A stretch of DNA of 63,948 nucleotides, filler included. It is 5 parts of 5 records of this genome, joined end to end, with 100 filler letters (N's around TTAATTAATTAA, not from the genome) between each part and the next. Parts side by side here need not be neighbours in the genome. Positions count along the whole stretch, not along the records: positions 16,912 to 33,808 come from SRR20825019_2362; positions 33,909 to 48,435 come from SRR20825019_2369; 3 more parts are not named here. One strand, given 5' to 3'. Below the pieces are notes generated by a model, which was not told the origin of the DNA, did not search any database, and was given only the letters and a program-made list of their open reading frames with translations. The position numbers and the translations under genes are program-made. Below are positions 29,880 through 38,885 of this stretch, piece after piece; within the stretch, counting starts at the first letter, position 1, and the number at the start of each line of letters is the position of its first letter.

Positions 29880-31186
29880 TCCGCCGCCAGTACGTCCGGC
29901 ACGGCCAGCAACCGCTGTGCCACGTCAAAGGCCGAGGACAACCCGTCCTCGTGAAAGCCGTTCTTCATCCACGCACCACAGAACCACGTGTTGTTGGCGC
30001 CGTTCATCTGCGCGGCCTGCTTTTGTGCTGCCAGTGCTGCCAGATCATAGACCGGATGGCGCAGGGTGACCTGATCCCAGATCAGATCGGGGTTGATATC
30101 CCGTCGGCTGTTCAGGGTGACAAAGAACTGTTCCCCTTTCAGCCAGGGTTGCAGCGAATTCATCCAATAGGTCAGGTCGATCCGCTCGGATGCGCTGTCC
30201 GCGGCTTCGGTATAGACCCACGACGACCACGTCTGACGACGACGTGGCATGATGGTCTCATCAGAATGCAGGACAATGTCGTTGGGCTGGTAGGCTATTG
30301 CGCCCAGCACCGATTGTTCCTGCTCGGACGGATCCTCCAACAGCTTCAGCGTGTCGTCGGAATGGGTGGCAAAGACCACCTCGTCAAAGGTCTCCCACTC
30401 TCCACCCCATGCCTTCACCTGCGCACCCGCCGCTGTACGGCGCACCGACTGCACGGGGGATTTCAGCCGAATGTCGATCCCGTTGCGGCGCAGGGCATCC
30501 TCAAGCCGGGTGACATAAGAACGGCTACCGCCCTCGACCGTGTACCATTGGTGCTGGCCGGTGTGATGCAGCAAGGCGTGGTTTTCAAAGAACTGGATCA
30601 TCGCGTGCGCAGGGAAATCCATGATCTTTTCCGTCGGCGTCGACCAGATCGCACCGGACAGCGGCAAGAGGTAATAATCGCGGAACCACTTGCCTGTCCC
30701 CAACAGCTTCAGGAACGCACCCACGGTCATCTGCCGATCCGCCTGCGCCAGCCGCAAGGCCCGTTTGTTGAACCGGAACACATCCCGAACCATGCCCAGA
30801 AACCGCGGATCAACCGCATTGCGCGGCTGCGCGAACAGCGCGCCGAGGCTCGCCAGCCCGTACTCCAGCCGCCCGCCACCGATAGAAGCGCCAAAGCTCA
30901 TGTTCGAGGGCACCACCGGCACCTCCAGTTCGGCAAACAAGGCCGCCAGATGCGGATAATTGGCATAGTTGAACACGATAAAGCCGGTGTCGACCGGCGT
31001 ATCACCCTTGCGGCCCGCCATACGGGTGCGCGCGTGCCCCCCCAGATCCGGCTCGGCTTCGTACAAGGTCATGGCGTGCTGGCCGCCCAACATATGGGCT
31101 GCGCCCATCCCTGAAATACCTGCGCCGATGACTGCGATTTTCTTGGGGCCGGAGGCGCTGTGGGCGCGGGGGGCTTCAAATGGCAT
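29876..31186 (-). CDS. FAD-dependent oxidoreductase (UfaD/RSP_1091-like)
   Basis: IAVIGAGISG, LGGHART, VDTGFIVFN, FCGAWMKNGFHEDGLSSA. Confidence 0.9.
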   Translation of the reverse strand: MPFEAPRAHSASGPKKIAVIGAGISGMGAAHMLGGQHAMTLYEAEPDLGGHARTRMAGRKGDTPVDTGFIVFNYANYPHLAALFAELEVPVVPSNMSFGASIGGGRLEYGLASLGALFAQPRNAVDPRFLGMVRDVFRFNKRALRLAQADRQMTVGAFLKLLGTGKWFRDYYLLPLSGAIWSTPTEKIMDFPAHAMIQFFENHALLHHTGQHQWYTVEGGSRSYVTRLEDALRRNGIDIRLKSPVQSVRRTAAGAQVKAWGGEWETFDEVVFATHSDDTLKLLEDPSEQEQSVLGAIAYQPNDIVLHSDETIMPRRRQTWSSWVYTEAADSASERIDLTYWMNSLQPWLKGEQFFVTLNSRRDINPDLIWDQVTLRHPVYDLAALAAQKQAAQMNGANNTWFCGAWMKNGFHEDGLSSAFDVAQRLLAVPDVLAAE

Positions 31187-31279
31187 TGTGTTTTTGTTTC
31201 CTTGGCCGTGTTTGTTCTTATGCCATACGTACGGGGCAAATCAGCTTTCGGTTTCAAATTGCTTCAAAAAAATAAATTG

Positions 31280-31305
31280 TGATCCAACTGGTGACCGGAC
31301 GCGTA
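31280..31305 (+). promoter_or_regulatory. RpoE (sigmaE-ChrR group) autoregulated promoter TGATCC-N16-CGTA
   Basis: tgatcc at 31280-31285 and cgta at 31302-31305, 8 nt before ATG 31314; a similar TGAAAC-N17-CGTA faces the divergent operon on the minus strand (about 31230-31256). Confidence 0.75.
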
Positions 31306-31313
31306 ACAGGGGT

Positions 31314-31961
31314 ATGTTCGCAGGTCACGACACTCAGACGCCCGCTTTGCGGGTTTACCCACATGACAAGGGGACGGGGTTTGCCCCTGCGACAGGAACA
31401 ACAAAAGTGAGCACGCGCGAAAAGGCCGAGAAACGATCCTTGTGGGTGGACCATATGGTGCGCATCCACACATCACGGGACCGTGCTGCCTTTGCCGAGC
31501 TTTACGGCCACTTCGCGCCGCGGGTGAAGGGGTTTCTGATCAAATCGGGGGCGGATGCGTCCCTGGCAGAGGAATGCGCCCAAGAGGTCATGGTGACCGT
31601 CTGGGCCAAAGCTCATTTGTTCGATGCGTCGCGGGCATCGGTGGCGACGTGGATCTTCACGATTGCCCGGAACCGCAAGATCGACGCGCTGCGCAAGCAG
31701 CGCCGCCCCGAGCCGGAAGAGCTGACATGGGGCCCCGAAGAAGAACCGGCGCAGGCGGATGTGATCGCCCTGCAGCAGGAAAGTGAAACACTGGCCCGCG
31801 CCATCGCGGAGCTGCCTGCGCGGCAGCGCGCATTGTTGGAAAAGGCGTATTTCGGGGATCTGACCCACAGCGAAATCGCCGCTCAGACCGGTCTGCCCTT
31901 GGGCACGATCAAATCAAGAATACGTCTGGCGCTGGATCGACTGCGCCACGCAATGAAGTAG
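31314..31961 (+). CDS. rpoE: ECF sigma factor RpoE (singlet oxygen response); start could be GTG 31407
   Basis: DRAAFAELY..FAPRVKGFL, WIFTIARNRKID, LPLGTIKSRIRLAL; directly upstream of chrR. Confidence 0.9.
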   Translation: MFAGHDTQTPALRVYPHDKGTGFAPATGTTKVSTREKAEKRSLWVDHMVRIHTSRDRAAFAELYGHFAPRVKGFLIKSGADASLAEECAQEVMVTVWAKAHLFDASRASVATWIFTIARNRKIDALRKQRRPEPEELTWGPEEEPAQADVIALQQESETLARAIAELPARQRALLEKAYFGDLTHSEIAAQTGLPLGTIKSRIRLALDRLRHAMK

Positions 31962-31966
31962 AAGCC

Positions 31967-32626
31967 ATGAAAAACGACATCAAACACCACATCACGGACC
32001 AGATGCTGATGGGCTATTCGGCAGGCACATTGCCCGAGGCGTTCAACATCCTCGTGGCGACCCATATTTCGCTGTGCGACGATTGCCGCGCGCAGCTGGC
32101 CAGTTACGACAGCATCGGCGGTGCCATGCTGGGCGCGGACAATGACGCACTGGCGACAATGGACACAGGCAGCCTCGCCGCCGTGATGGAGCGGCTTGAG
32201 GATTGTCCGTCTGGCGCGACGGAGCGCGCACCGTCTACGCGCAGCAAGACCGTGCCTGCACCGCTCAGCGACTATATCGGCAACGACCTGTCCGGCGTGA
32301 AATGGCGCAACATCGGGATGGGTGTGCGGCAGGCGATCCTGCCCACTTCGGCGGATGCAACGGCGCGTCTGCTGCACATACCCGCCGGCGTCGCCATGCC
32401 CGACCATGGGCACAACGGCACCGAAATGACGCTGGTGCTGCAAGGCGCCTTTCAGGACGACGACGGCTATTTCGCGCGCGGTGACGTGGAGACCGCCGAC
32501 GCGGATGTGAACCACACACCTGTCGCCGACATCCACGAGGATTGCATCTGTCTGGCCGTCACCGATGCGCCCTTGCGGTTCAAGGGGCTGTTTCTGAAGA
32601 TCTTCCAGCGCTTCATCCGCATCTGA
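31967..32626 (+). CDS. chrR: Anti-sigma factor ChrR (ZAS plus cupin)
   Basis: IKHH, ATHISLCDDC (HxxxCxxC), HGHNGTEMTLVLQGAF, CICL. Confidence 0.93.
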   Translation: MKNDIKHHITDQMLMGYSAGTLPEAFNILVATHISLCDDCRAQLASYDSIGGAMLGADNDALATMDTGSLAAVMERLEDCPSGATERAPSTRSKTVPAPLSDYIGNDLSGVKWRNIGMGVRQAILPTSADATARLLHIPAGVAMPDHGHNGTEMTLVLQGAFQDDDGYFARGDVETADADVNHTPVADIHEDCICLAVTDAPLRFKGLFLKIFQRFIRI

Positions 32627-33172
32627 TCACGAAGCGGGCGGGGCGAACTCGGACACACGCCTGCCGGACCGCCACCCCTCCAAAAGCGCCGACACGTTCG
32701 CCGCCGTATCCGCAGTGCCATCCAGTTCAATGTCATAGGTTCGCCCGACATGAACGGTATGAAAATCCTGCGAGGCACTGCCCACCGGGCGGTCCCCACG
32801 CGCGGTTTCACGTTGGTTCAACGTGTTCAAATCACAATGCAATCCCACGAAATACACATCGAACGGGCCAAGCATCCGTTTCAGATCGGCAATCCACTCG
32901 GGCTGTTCCAGGATGTGTTCGACGATCAGATTGTTGACCGCATGGGCATAGGCAGCCAGCGAGGCATGAAACCCGTCAAAGAACGGCTGGCGCATCTGCG
33001 ACCACTGAAACGCGCGCGACCTGATGCGCTTGTCAGGCAACACGCCGCTGTCGCGCAGGTGGTCGATGGAAATATGCCAGAACGGCAGTTCGATTGCGTC
33101 TTGCAATGCCTTCGCGGTGGTTGACTTGCCACTGCTGGATGGCCCGTGAAGAAATATGATCTGTCCGCCCAT
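32627..33172 (-). CDS. Chloramphenicol phosphotransferase-like P-loop kinase
   Basis: IIFLHGPSSSGKST, VGLHC..LNQRETARGDR..G.A..YDIELD. Confidence 0.82.
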   Translation of the reverse strand: MGGQIIFLHGPSSSGKSTTAKALQDAIELPFWHISIDHLRDSGVLPDKRIRSRAFQWSQMRQPFFDGFHASLAAYAHAVNNLIVEHILEQPEWIADLKRMLGPFDVYFVGLHCDLNTLNQRETARGDRPVGSASQDFHTVHVGRTYDIELDGTADTAANVSALLEGWRSGRRVSEFAPPAS

Positions 33173-33313
33173 ATCAACACCTTGCACGGCCTTCACAAGG
33201 CACAGTGATACGCACGTTCCGGGTCAAAATAAAAGCCAGATGGCGCATGTGCGCCCCGCATCCACGTTTTCAAAACTGTGAATGCGGATGCAAACCTGTC
33301 AGAACCCGGGCGT

Positions 33314-33481
33314 TCAGCCCTGTTTCTTCTTCGCCTCGGCAGCAGCCTTCATCCGGGCCAGCAGGGCGGCCTTGTCGGTGCCTTTGCCAAAGGGATTCTT
33401 GTCGCTGCCCTTGGCGTTGTGTTCGCTGTGACGGGGCGCGTTCTTGCCAACCTTGGCATTGCCTGATTTCTTGTAATCCAC
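33314..33481 (-). CDS. Small basic protein, 55 aa (absent from the ORF track)
   Basis: GAAAGG RBS, GTG start, MDYKKSGNAKVGKNAPRHSEHNAKGSDKNPFGKGTDKAALLARMKAAAEAKKKQG*, GC-rich third positions like host genes. Confidence 0.7.
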   Translation of the reverse strand: MDYKKSGNAKVGKNAPRHSEHNAKGSDKNPFGKGTDKAALLARMKAAAEAKKKQG

Positions 33482-33550
33482 GGGGGTCGCCTTTCTCGGC
33501 TGGGGGATGGCTGCCTATGCCGCAAACCGCGTTGCTTCACAAGCCTGCGT

Positions 33551-33808
33551 TCATGTCTCGGGTGTGGTCAGCGGCACGACCGTGCTGGGGGCCTCGTCGA
33601 TTTCTTCGAAATCAAAGTTGTCCAGCCGCGCCGCCCGCTTGCCAGCCCGTTCGGCGGCGGTGCTGATCCCGTCCAGATCCTTGCGGGCCTGCCCGAAATG
33701 CAGGTTCAGCTTGTCCACCCGCTCGACCACGATCTCAACGTCGCGGTGCAACTGGCGCAGCGTGGTGCGGATGGCCCCCGCCTGCTCCCGCATCCGCGCG
33801 TCTTTCAG
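33551..33808 (-). CDS. rmuC: DNA recombination protein RmuC, C-terminal part
   Basis: LKDARMREQAGAIR...RVDKLNLHFGQARKDL..I matches the RmuC C-terminus. Confidence 0.8.
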   Translation of the reverse strand: MKDARMREQAGAIRTTLRQLHRDVEIVVERVDKLNLHFGQARKDLDGISTAAERAGKRAARLDNFDFEEIDEAPSTVVPLTTPET

Positions 33809-33908
33809 NNNNNNNNNNNNNNNNNNNNNNNNNNNNNNNNNNNNNNNNNNNNTTAATTAATTAANNNNNNNNNNNNNNNNNNNNNNNNNNNNNNNNNNNN
33901 NNNNNNNN
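33809..33908. other. Artificial contig linker
   Basis: N44-TTAATTAATTAA-N44. Confidence 0.98.
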
Positions 33909-33938
33909 TCGCTGGTTCGAATCCGGCCCGGGGAGCCA
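33909..33938 (+). tRNA. 3' part of a tRNA, probably tRNA-Asn
   Basis: T-arm GCTGG-TTCGAAT-CCGGC, then acceptor strand CCGGGGAG-CCA; anticodon is outside the contig, so identity is inferred from the GGAGCCA end. Confidence 0.75.
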
Positions 33939-33956
33939 TATTTGAATAATTTCGTA

Positions 33957-34175
33957 ATGGCTAAAGAAGATTTAATAGAATTTGAAGGAGTAGTAAAAGA
34001 AATCCTTCCCAATGCAATGTTTAAGGTTGAGCTTGATAATAAGCATATTGTTACAGCTAATACTTCTGGAAGAATGAGAAAAAATAGAATAAGAATTCTC
34101 GTTGGTGACAGGGTAACAGTTGAAATGACACCTTATGATTTATCTGTTGCAAGAGTGATACTGCGTCATAAGTAA
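33957..34175 (+). CDS. infA: Translation initiation factor IF-1
   Basis: [52 protein letters not shown]. Confidence 0.97.
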   Translation: MAKEDLIEFEGVVKEILPNAMFKVELDNKHIVTANTSGRMRKNRIRILVGDRVTVEMTPYDLSVARVILRHK

Positions 34176-34178
34176 TTA

Positions 34179-34775
34179 GTGAAAGATTTGAGATTCATTT
34201 TAGGATCAAGTTCCAAATCAAGGCTCAGTTTGCTTGAGTCTATTGGAATAGTACCAGATCAAATAATGCATGCAGATATTGATGAAACCCCTTTAAAGAA
34301 TGAAATTCCCAAAAATTTAGCATCAAGATTATCTAAAAAAAAGATTAAAAAATTATCAAGTCAAGTTAGTGATGGTCTTATTCTTACAGCAGACACAGTA
34401 GCTGCAGCTGGAAGAAAAATATTACCAAAAGCTTTGAATTCTAAAGATATTGAATTTTGTCTTAATAATATTTCAGGAAGAAGGCATAACATATATACTT
34501 CTATTTCAGTTATAAAAAAAATAAATAATTTGGTAGTTTATGAAAATAGTAGAATTTCTAAAGCTACTATTCAGTTAAAGAGGTTATCAAGGGAAGAAAT
34601 AGAATATTATAGTAATTTAGATGAGGGTTTAAATAAGGCGGGTGGTTATTCAATTTCTGGTAAAATTCAATTATTTATTAAATCAATTTCAGGTTCTCCT
34701 TCTACTATAATAGGACTTCCTTTACTGGAAACTAGAAATATGTTACTATCTGCTGGATTTGATATAATAAAATAG
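34179..34775 (+). CDS. maf: Maf nucleotide pyrophosphatase
   Basis: ILGSSSKSR, IDET, LTADTV, KAGGY.I, IIGLPL; usual infA-maf order. Confidence 0.93.
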   Translation: MKDLRFILGSSSKSRLSLLESIGIVPDQIMHADIDETPLKNEIPKNLASRLSKKKIKKLSSQVSDGLILTADTVAAAGRKILPKALNSKDIEFCLNNISGRRHNIYTSISVIKKINNLVVYENSRISKATIQLKRLSREEIEYYSNLDEGLNKAGGYSISGKIQLFIKSISGSPSTIIGLPLLETRNMLLSAGFDIIK

Positions 34776-34777
34776 GT

Positions 34778-35494
34778 ATGGCTGGTCATTCTAAGTTTAA
34801 AAATATACAGCATAGAAAAAATGCACAAGATGCTAAAAGGGCAAAATTATTCACAAGAATAGTTAGAGAAATTATGACAGCAGCTCAAATTAGCCCAGAT
34901 CCAGATCACAACCCAAGACTAAGAACTGCAATACTTAATGCAAAATCTAAAAATTTACCTAAAGACAGGGTAGATAAAGCTTTAAAAAATGCATCAGATC
35001 CAAGTATATCTGATAATTATTCAGAAATTCGATATGAGGGTTATGGTCCTTCTAAAATAGCTGTTATTGTAGAAGCAGTAACAGACAATAGAAATAGAAC
35101 TGCAGCATTAGTTAGAGCTGCATTTTCAAAATATGGAGGAAATCTTGGAGAGACTGGATCAGTTAGTTATTTATTTAGTAAAAGGGCTGTAATTATATAT
35201 AATACAAAAGTTAAATTTGATGATATATTTGAATCTGCAATTAATTACGGTGCTGAAGATATAATAGAGGAGGGAGATTCAATAATAATATATTCATCTC
35301 AAGCGAAATATTATGAAATCAGAGAAAAGCTAGAAGAAGAATTTGGTGAACCTTTAGATTCTTATATTGCTTGGATACCTTCTGGTAAGATTAGTATAGA
35401 TAATCAAGAAGCATATGAGAAATTTAATAAATTTTTAGAAGTTCTTCTAGAAATTGATGATGTTGAAGAGGTATATACTAACCTCAAAGTTTAA
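34778..35494 (+). CDS. yebC: YebC/PmpR family protein
   Basis: MAGHSKFKNIQHRK, YEGYGP, TDNRNRT, GSVSYLF. Confidence 0.96.
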   Translation: MAGHSKFKNIQHRKNAQDAKRAKLFTRIVREIMTAAQISPDPDHNPRLRTAILNAKSKNLPKDRVDKALKNASDPSISDNYSEIRYEGYGPSKIAVIVEAVTDNRNRTAALVRAAFSKYGGNLGETGSVSYLFSKRAVIIYNTKVKFDDIFESAINYGAEDIIEEGDSIIIYSSQAKYYEIREKLEEEFGEPLDSYIAWIPSGKISIDNQEAYEKFNKFLEVLLEIDDVEEVYTNLKV

Positions 35495-35541
35495 AATATT
35501 TTAAATTATATGTTAATCAATTAATTATAATTAATAATTTA

Positions 35542-36966
35542 TTACTCTATATTATCAATTATATCATCTTTAATAACTCCAAGTTCTTTAAGTGCATCTT
35601 CATATCTTGAGGTAAAACCTAAAAAGCCACCAGAATAATTATCTATATTATAAGTAAAAGCTTTAATAGAAGATAATAATTTGGGGTCATGTTCTTCTTT
35701 AACATTTGCTATATATTTTACTATGGTAAGCAGTATATCTTTTGGTAGGTCTGTTATACTAAATTTGTTATCATCTTTGTTGGTTTTAGCAGTTATTATA
35801 TCTGAAAAAAGGTTTTTACAAGAAGTTGCTATATTTTTAAGAGATATTATATCTATATTTTTATAGTATATAATATTTTTGGTATTAATTTTTATAATTT
35901 CATCTCTAATTTCTACAAGAGATATATTATCATATTTAGTTGGCCATGCATAATATGGATCTTGAATTACTAAATATTTCATTACATCAACCTTTAAATT
36001 TCGCCAAGCTAAAGAGAAATTAATATCCGCACCTCTATGAATTAAATTTTTTTTATCATTAATTTCTGGAATAATGCTAATTAAATATCCTAAAACATCA
36101 ATATGACCGTTCTCAACTGCTTTTAGAAAGCAAAAACCTGTATTAAGACCGATCAATTCTTCCCTGCTATCTGGGTTTTGTATTTTTAAAATATATTTCA
36201 TCACTTCAAGCTTACCATATGTAGCAGCATCAGAAAAAGAAATATAAGAATCATATAGAAGCATCATTTTTTTATCCGGATCTTGAGTTATTTTCAATAA
36301 AAAATCCATAACCTCAAATCTCATATTTTTAGCAGCAATTCTAAAAGCTTCATTATTATTATAATGAATCATATGTTCTTTTAACTCATTATCTTCGTAA
36401 AATGTTAATAAATACTTCATTAACTCTACATTTCCATTAGAAGCTGCAATTATGAAAGAATATTTACCTTGATTATTTATTAATTTTTGAAAGGCTTCTT
36501 TATCGTCAACTAGTTCACATAAATACTTTAATACTTCTATATATCCTTTTTCAGAAGCTATCTGAAGTATATAAGTTTTATTTATATTGATCATTTTTTT
36601 CTTTAGATCATCATTTGTTGTAATATTAACTAAATATTTCATTAGCTCAACATGTCCACAGATAGCAGCAAGCATAAAGGCATCAATAACATATTCATTA
36701 ATAACTTCTTTTATAATTTTTTGATCTTGAACTAATTTAAAAAAACTCTCAATAATTTGTATATGACCATTTCTTGAAGCGCAAAAAACAAAATCACCTA
36801 TTGTTAATTCTAATTTTGATAGAATTACTTGGAATTTGACATAATCTATTGAATTAATTAATTCACAATTACTACTAATAACATTAAACAAATAATTGTA
36901 AGCATCATCTGTGCTATTAATAATAGAGGGATTATTTTTAATTTCTTTTGTTATATAGTCAATCAT
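35542..36966 (-). CDS. Ankyrin-repeat protein with C-terminal F-box-like motif
   Basis: Repeated AFxxAAxxGHxExMKYL units; C-terminal SITDLPKDILLTIVKYI. Confidence 0.85.
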   Translation of the reverse strand: MIDYITKEIKNNPSIINSTDDAYNYLFNVISSNCELINSIDYVKFQVILSKLELTIGDFVFCASRNGHIQIIESFFKLVQDQKIIKEVINEYVIDAFMLAAICGHVELMKYLVNITTNDDLKKKMININKTYILQIASEKGYIEVLKYLCELVDDKEAFQKLINNQGKYSFIIAASNGNVELMKYLLTFYEDNELKEHMIHYNNNEAFRIAAKNMRFEVMDFLLKITQDPDKKMMLLYDSYISFSDAATYGKLEVMKYILKIQNPDSREELIGLNTGFCFLKAVENGHIDVLGYLISIIPEINDKKNLIHRGADINFSLAWRNLKVDVMKYLVIQDPYYAWPTKYDNISLVEIRDEIIKINTKNIIYYKNIDIISLKNIATSCKNLFSDIITAKTNKDDNKFSITDLPKDILLTIVKYIANVKEEHDPKLLSSIKAFTYNIDNYSGGFLGFTSRYEDALKELGVIKDDIIDNIE

Positions 36967-37156
36967 AAATAATTGTTAGCAGATATAGACTTATTATACA
37001 ATTTATTTTGAAAATCAAAAATCTTTTTTAAATTATTATTTGATATTTTTGCAATATATTCTTTATGATAACTAAAATTCAGAAATACAACTATTTTATA
37101 TTAAAGTTATCACAGTTAATTACAATAAATTTCTATTATATATTTTTAATAATTTC

Positions 37157-38620
37157 TTAGTCAATTTTGATCATTTCACTTTTCCAAGAAAGGGTGTTTT
37201 TATCAAAAGAGTATTTTTTTTGTGTTTCTGTCTCTTCAAAAATTAGATCACTTACAATATTATCTTGTGTTGTAAGATAATATCCATGAAATCCTGAATC
37301 TAGGGGTAAAAAGTTTTTGTAACTAAATTTTGCATATTTTTGTTTTACTATATTTGGTATTAATGACAATAATTCATCTAGATTTGAAAATTTATTGTTA
37401 TTAATAGATTTTGGGATCATTCTACATTCACCTCTTGAGCTGCATGTAGGTAAACTACTTAGAGTTTGTCCTTCTGTAGTTTTGATTAAAGATAAACTTC
37501 CTATAGGAATGCCGGATAAAGCACTAACTGGATCGTTTGATTTAAAAAATATACCACCGCCAAATTCTATCATTTCTATAATTTTATTATCATTAACATT
37601 ATAGCATGGAACATTTAACTTAATTTTTTTACCATCTCTATATACTTCAAAAACAGCTATGTTAGATGAGTTATTTACTATATCGTCCATTTTGTATAAA
37701 CTTCCACCAATTTCTTTTCCATTTACAGTCCATATTATGTCGCCTGCAACAAAGTATTTTTCTGCTGGTGAGCCATGAATTGATCTTTTAACTGCAATAG
37801 CTCTGTTTCTATTTTCTGGAAATAATTTAATATATTTAAGCATCTCATTTTTAGGAAAATTTCTATGAGCAACAGCATCATTTAAGTTATACATATAGGT
37901 TATTAAACCTGTATGCATTCTTTTTGGTTCTTTATTTTGTTTTAAACTATCAATAGTATTTTTAAGATAATCTCCAATTATAGATAAAGAATAAGTATCA
38001 CCTCCAGCAAAGTTAAGACCAATAAGATATCCATCTTTATTTAATAAAGGTGAGCCACTTGAACCTCCTCTTGCATTCATGTTAGTAACATATGTTTGTG
38101 TAGGCATGATTCCATTTATTGAATATTTATCCGATAAATGTCCTTCATGTAATGAAAAACCCTGATTTTCATTATTACCTACTATGTATACTTTGTCCCC
38201 AAGATTTGGGTATGAATCTGCAAAATTTATTTCTGTAGATTCTTCCGGAAGTTCATTTGGGGATACTTCTATAATTGCAAAATCTTGCCAAAGATCAAAA
38301 TATTTTATCTTTCCCTCTGCCTGTCTACCATTGAAAAAAGTTATACGATTTCTAGATATTCCTTCATAACCAAGAACATGAAAATTGGTAACAATAAGTC
38401 CATTTTTTTTACTTATAATAAAACCTGATCCATAGCTTATGCCTTTTTGGCTATATGGAGCTACATGTTTGTGGATAGTTAGTGAAACACAAGCGTTTTT
38501 TACTTTATTTACTTCATTTATGTTAGATTTTGCTGAGTTGAAATTAATAAAGATAAGTAATAGAATAATGAATAAGCTTGTTTTTTTTAATCTTAAGATA
38601 TTTTTTATATTTATAAACAT
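37157..38620 (-). CDS. Exported trypsin-like (HtrA/S1C) serine protease with PDZ-like domain
   Basis: Signal peptide; GSGFII, TNFHV (His), DFAII (Asp), GGSSGSPL (Ser), GSPAEK..GDII..VNG. Confidence 0.88.
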   Translation of the reverse strand: MFINIKNILRLKKTSLFIILLLIFINFNSAKSNINEVNKVKNACVSLTIHKHVAPYSQKGISYGSGFIISKKNGLIVTNFHVLGYEGISRNRITFFNGRQAEGKIKYFDLWQDFAIIEVSPNELPEESTEINFADSYPNLGDKVYIVGNNENQGFSLHEGHLSDKYSINGIMPTQTYVTNMNARGGSSGSPLLNKDGYLIGLNFAGGDTYSLSIIGDYLKNTIDSLKQNKEPKRMHTGLITYMYNLNDAVAHRNFPKNEMLKYIKLFPENRNRAIAVKRSIHGSPAEKYFVAGDIIWTVNGKEIGGSLYKMDDIVNNSSNIAVFEVYRDGKKIKLNVPCYNVNDNKIIEMIEFGGGIFFKSNDPVSALSGIPIGSLSLIKTTEGQTLSSLPTCSSRGECRMIPKSINNNKFSNLDELLSLIPNIVKQKYAKFSYKNFLPLDSGFHGYYLTTQDNIVSDLIFEETETQKKYSFDKNTLSWKSEMIKID

Positions 38621-38812
38621 AATATGTATATTAGTTTTTTTGTTTGTTACAAAAAAATATCAATATCAAATCATACAGTCAATTTTTAAATAATTTTAAT
38701 TAATACTCAATTTAGGCAAATATCATAACTTGATTATACATTGATAATATTTTTGAAAAGGAGATCATATTGAAAATAATAGTTAATTATTAACAAATTT
38801 TCTATAAAGGTT

Positions 38813-38840
38813 CTTGCAAAAATTATTTTGGTTACTATAT
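38813..38840 (+). promoter_or_regulatory. Putative dnaK promoter, CTTG-N18-CTATAT (alphaproteobacterial RpoH/RpoD-like)
   Basis: cttg at 38813 and ctatat at 38835, 45 nt before the dnaK start; AT-rich background weakens the match. Confidence 0.5.
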
Positions 38841-38885
38841 GGAGAAAAAGTAAAATATATTTAGATAAAAAATTGAGGTATAAAG

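Noticed and set aside
32627..33172. A true chloramphenicol resistance gene
   Set aside because: Only family-level similarity; such kinases are common, the substrate is unknown and there is no mobile context.
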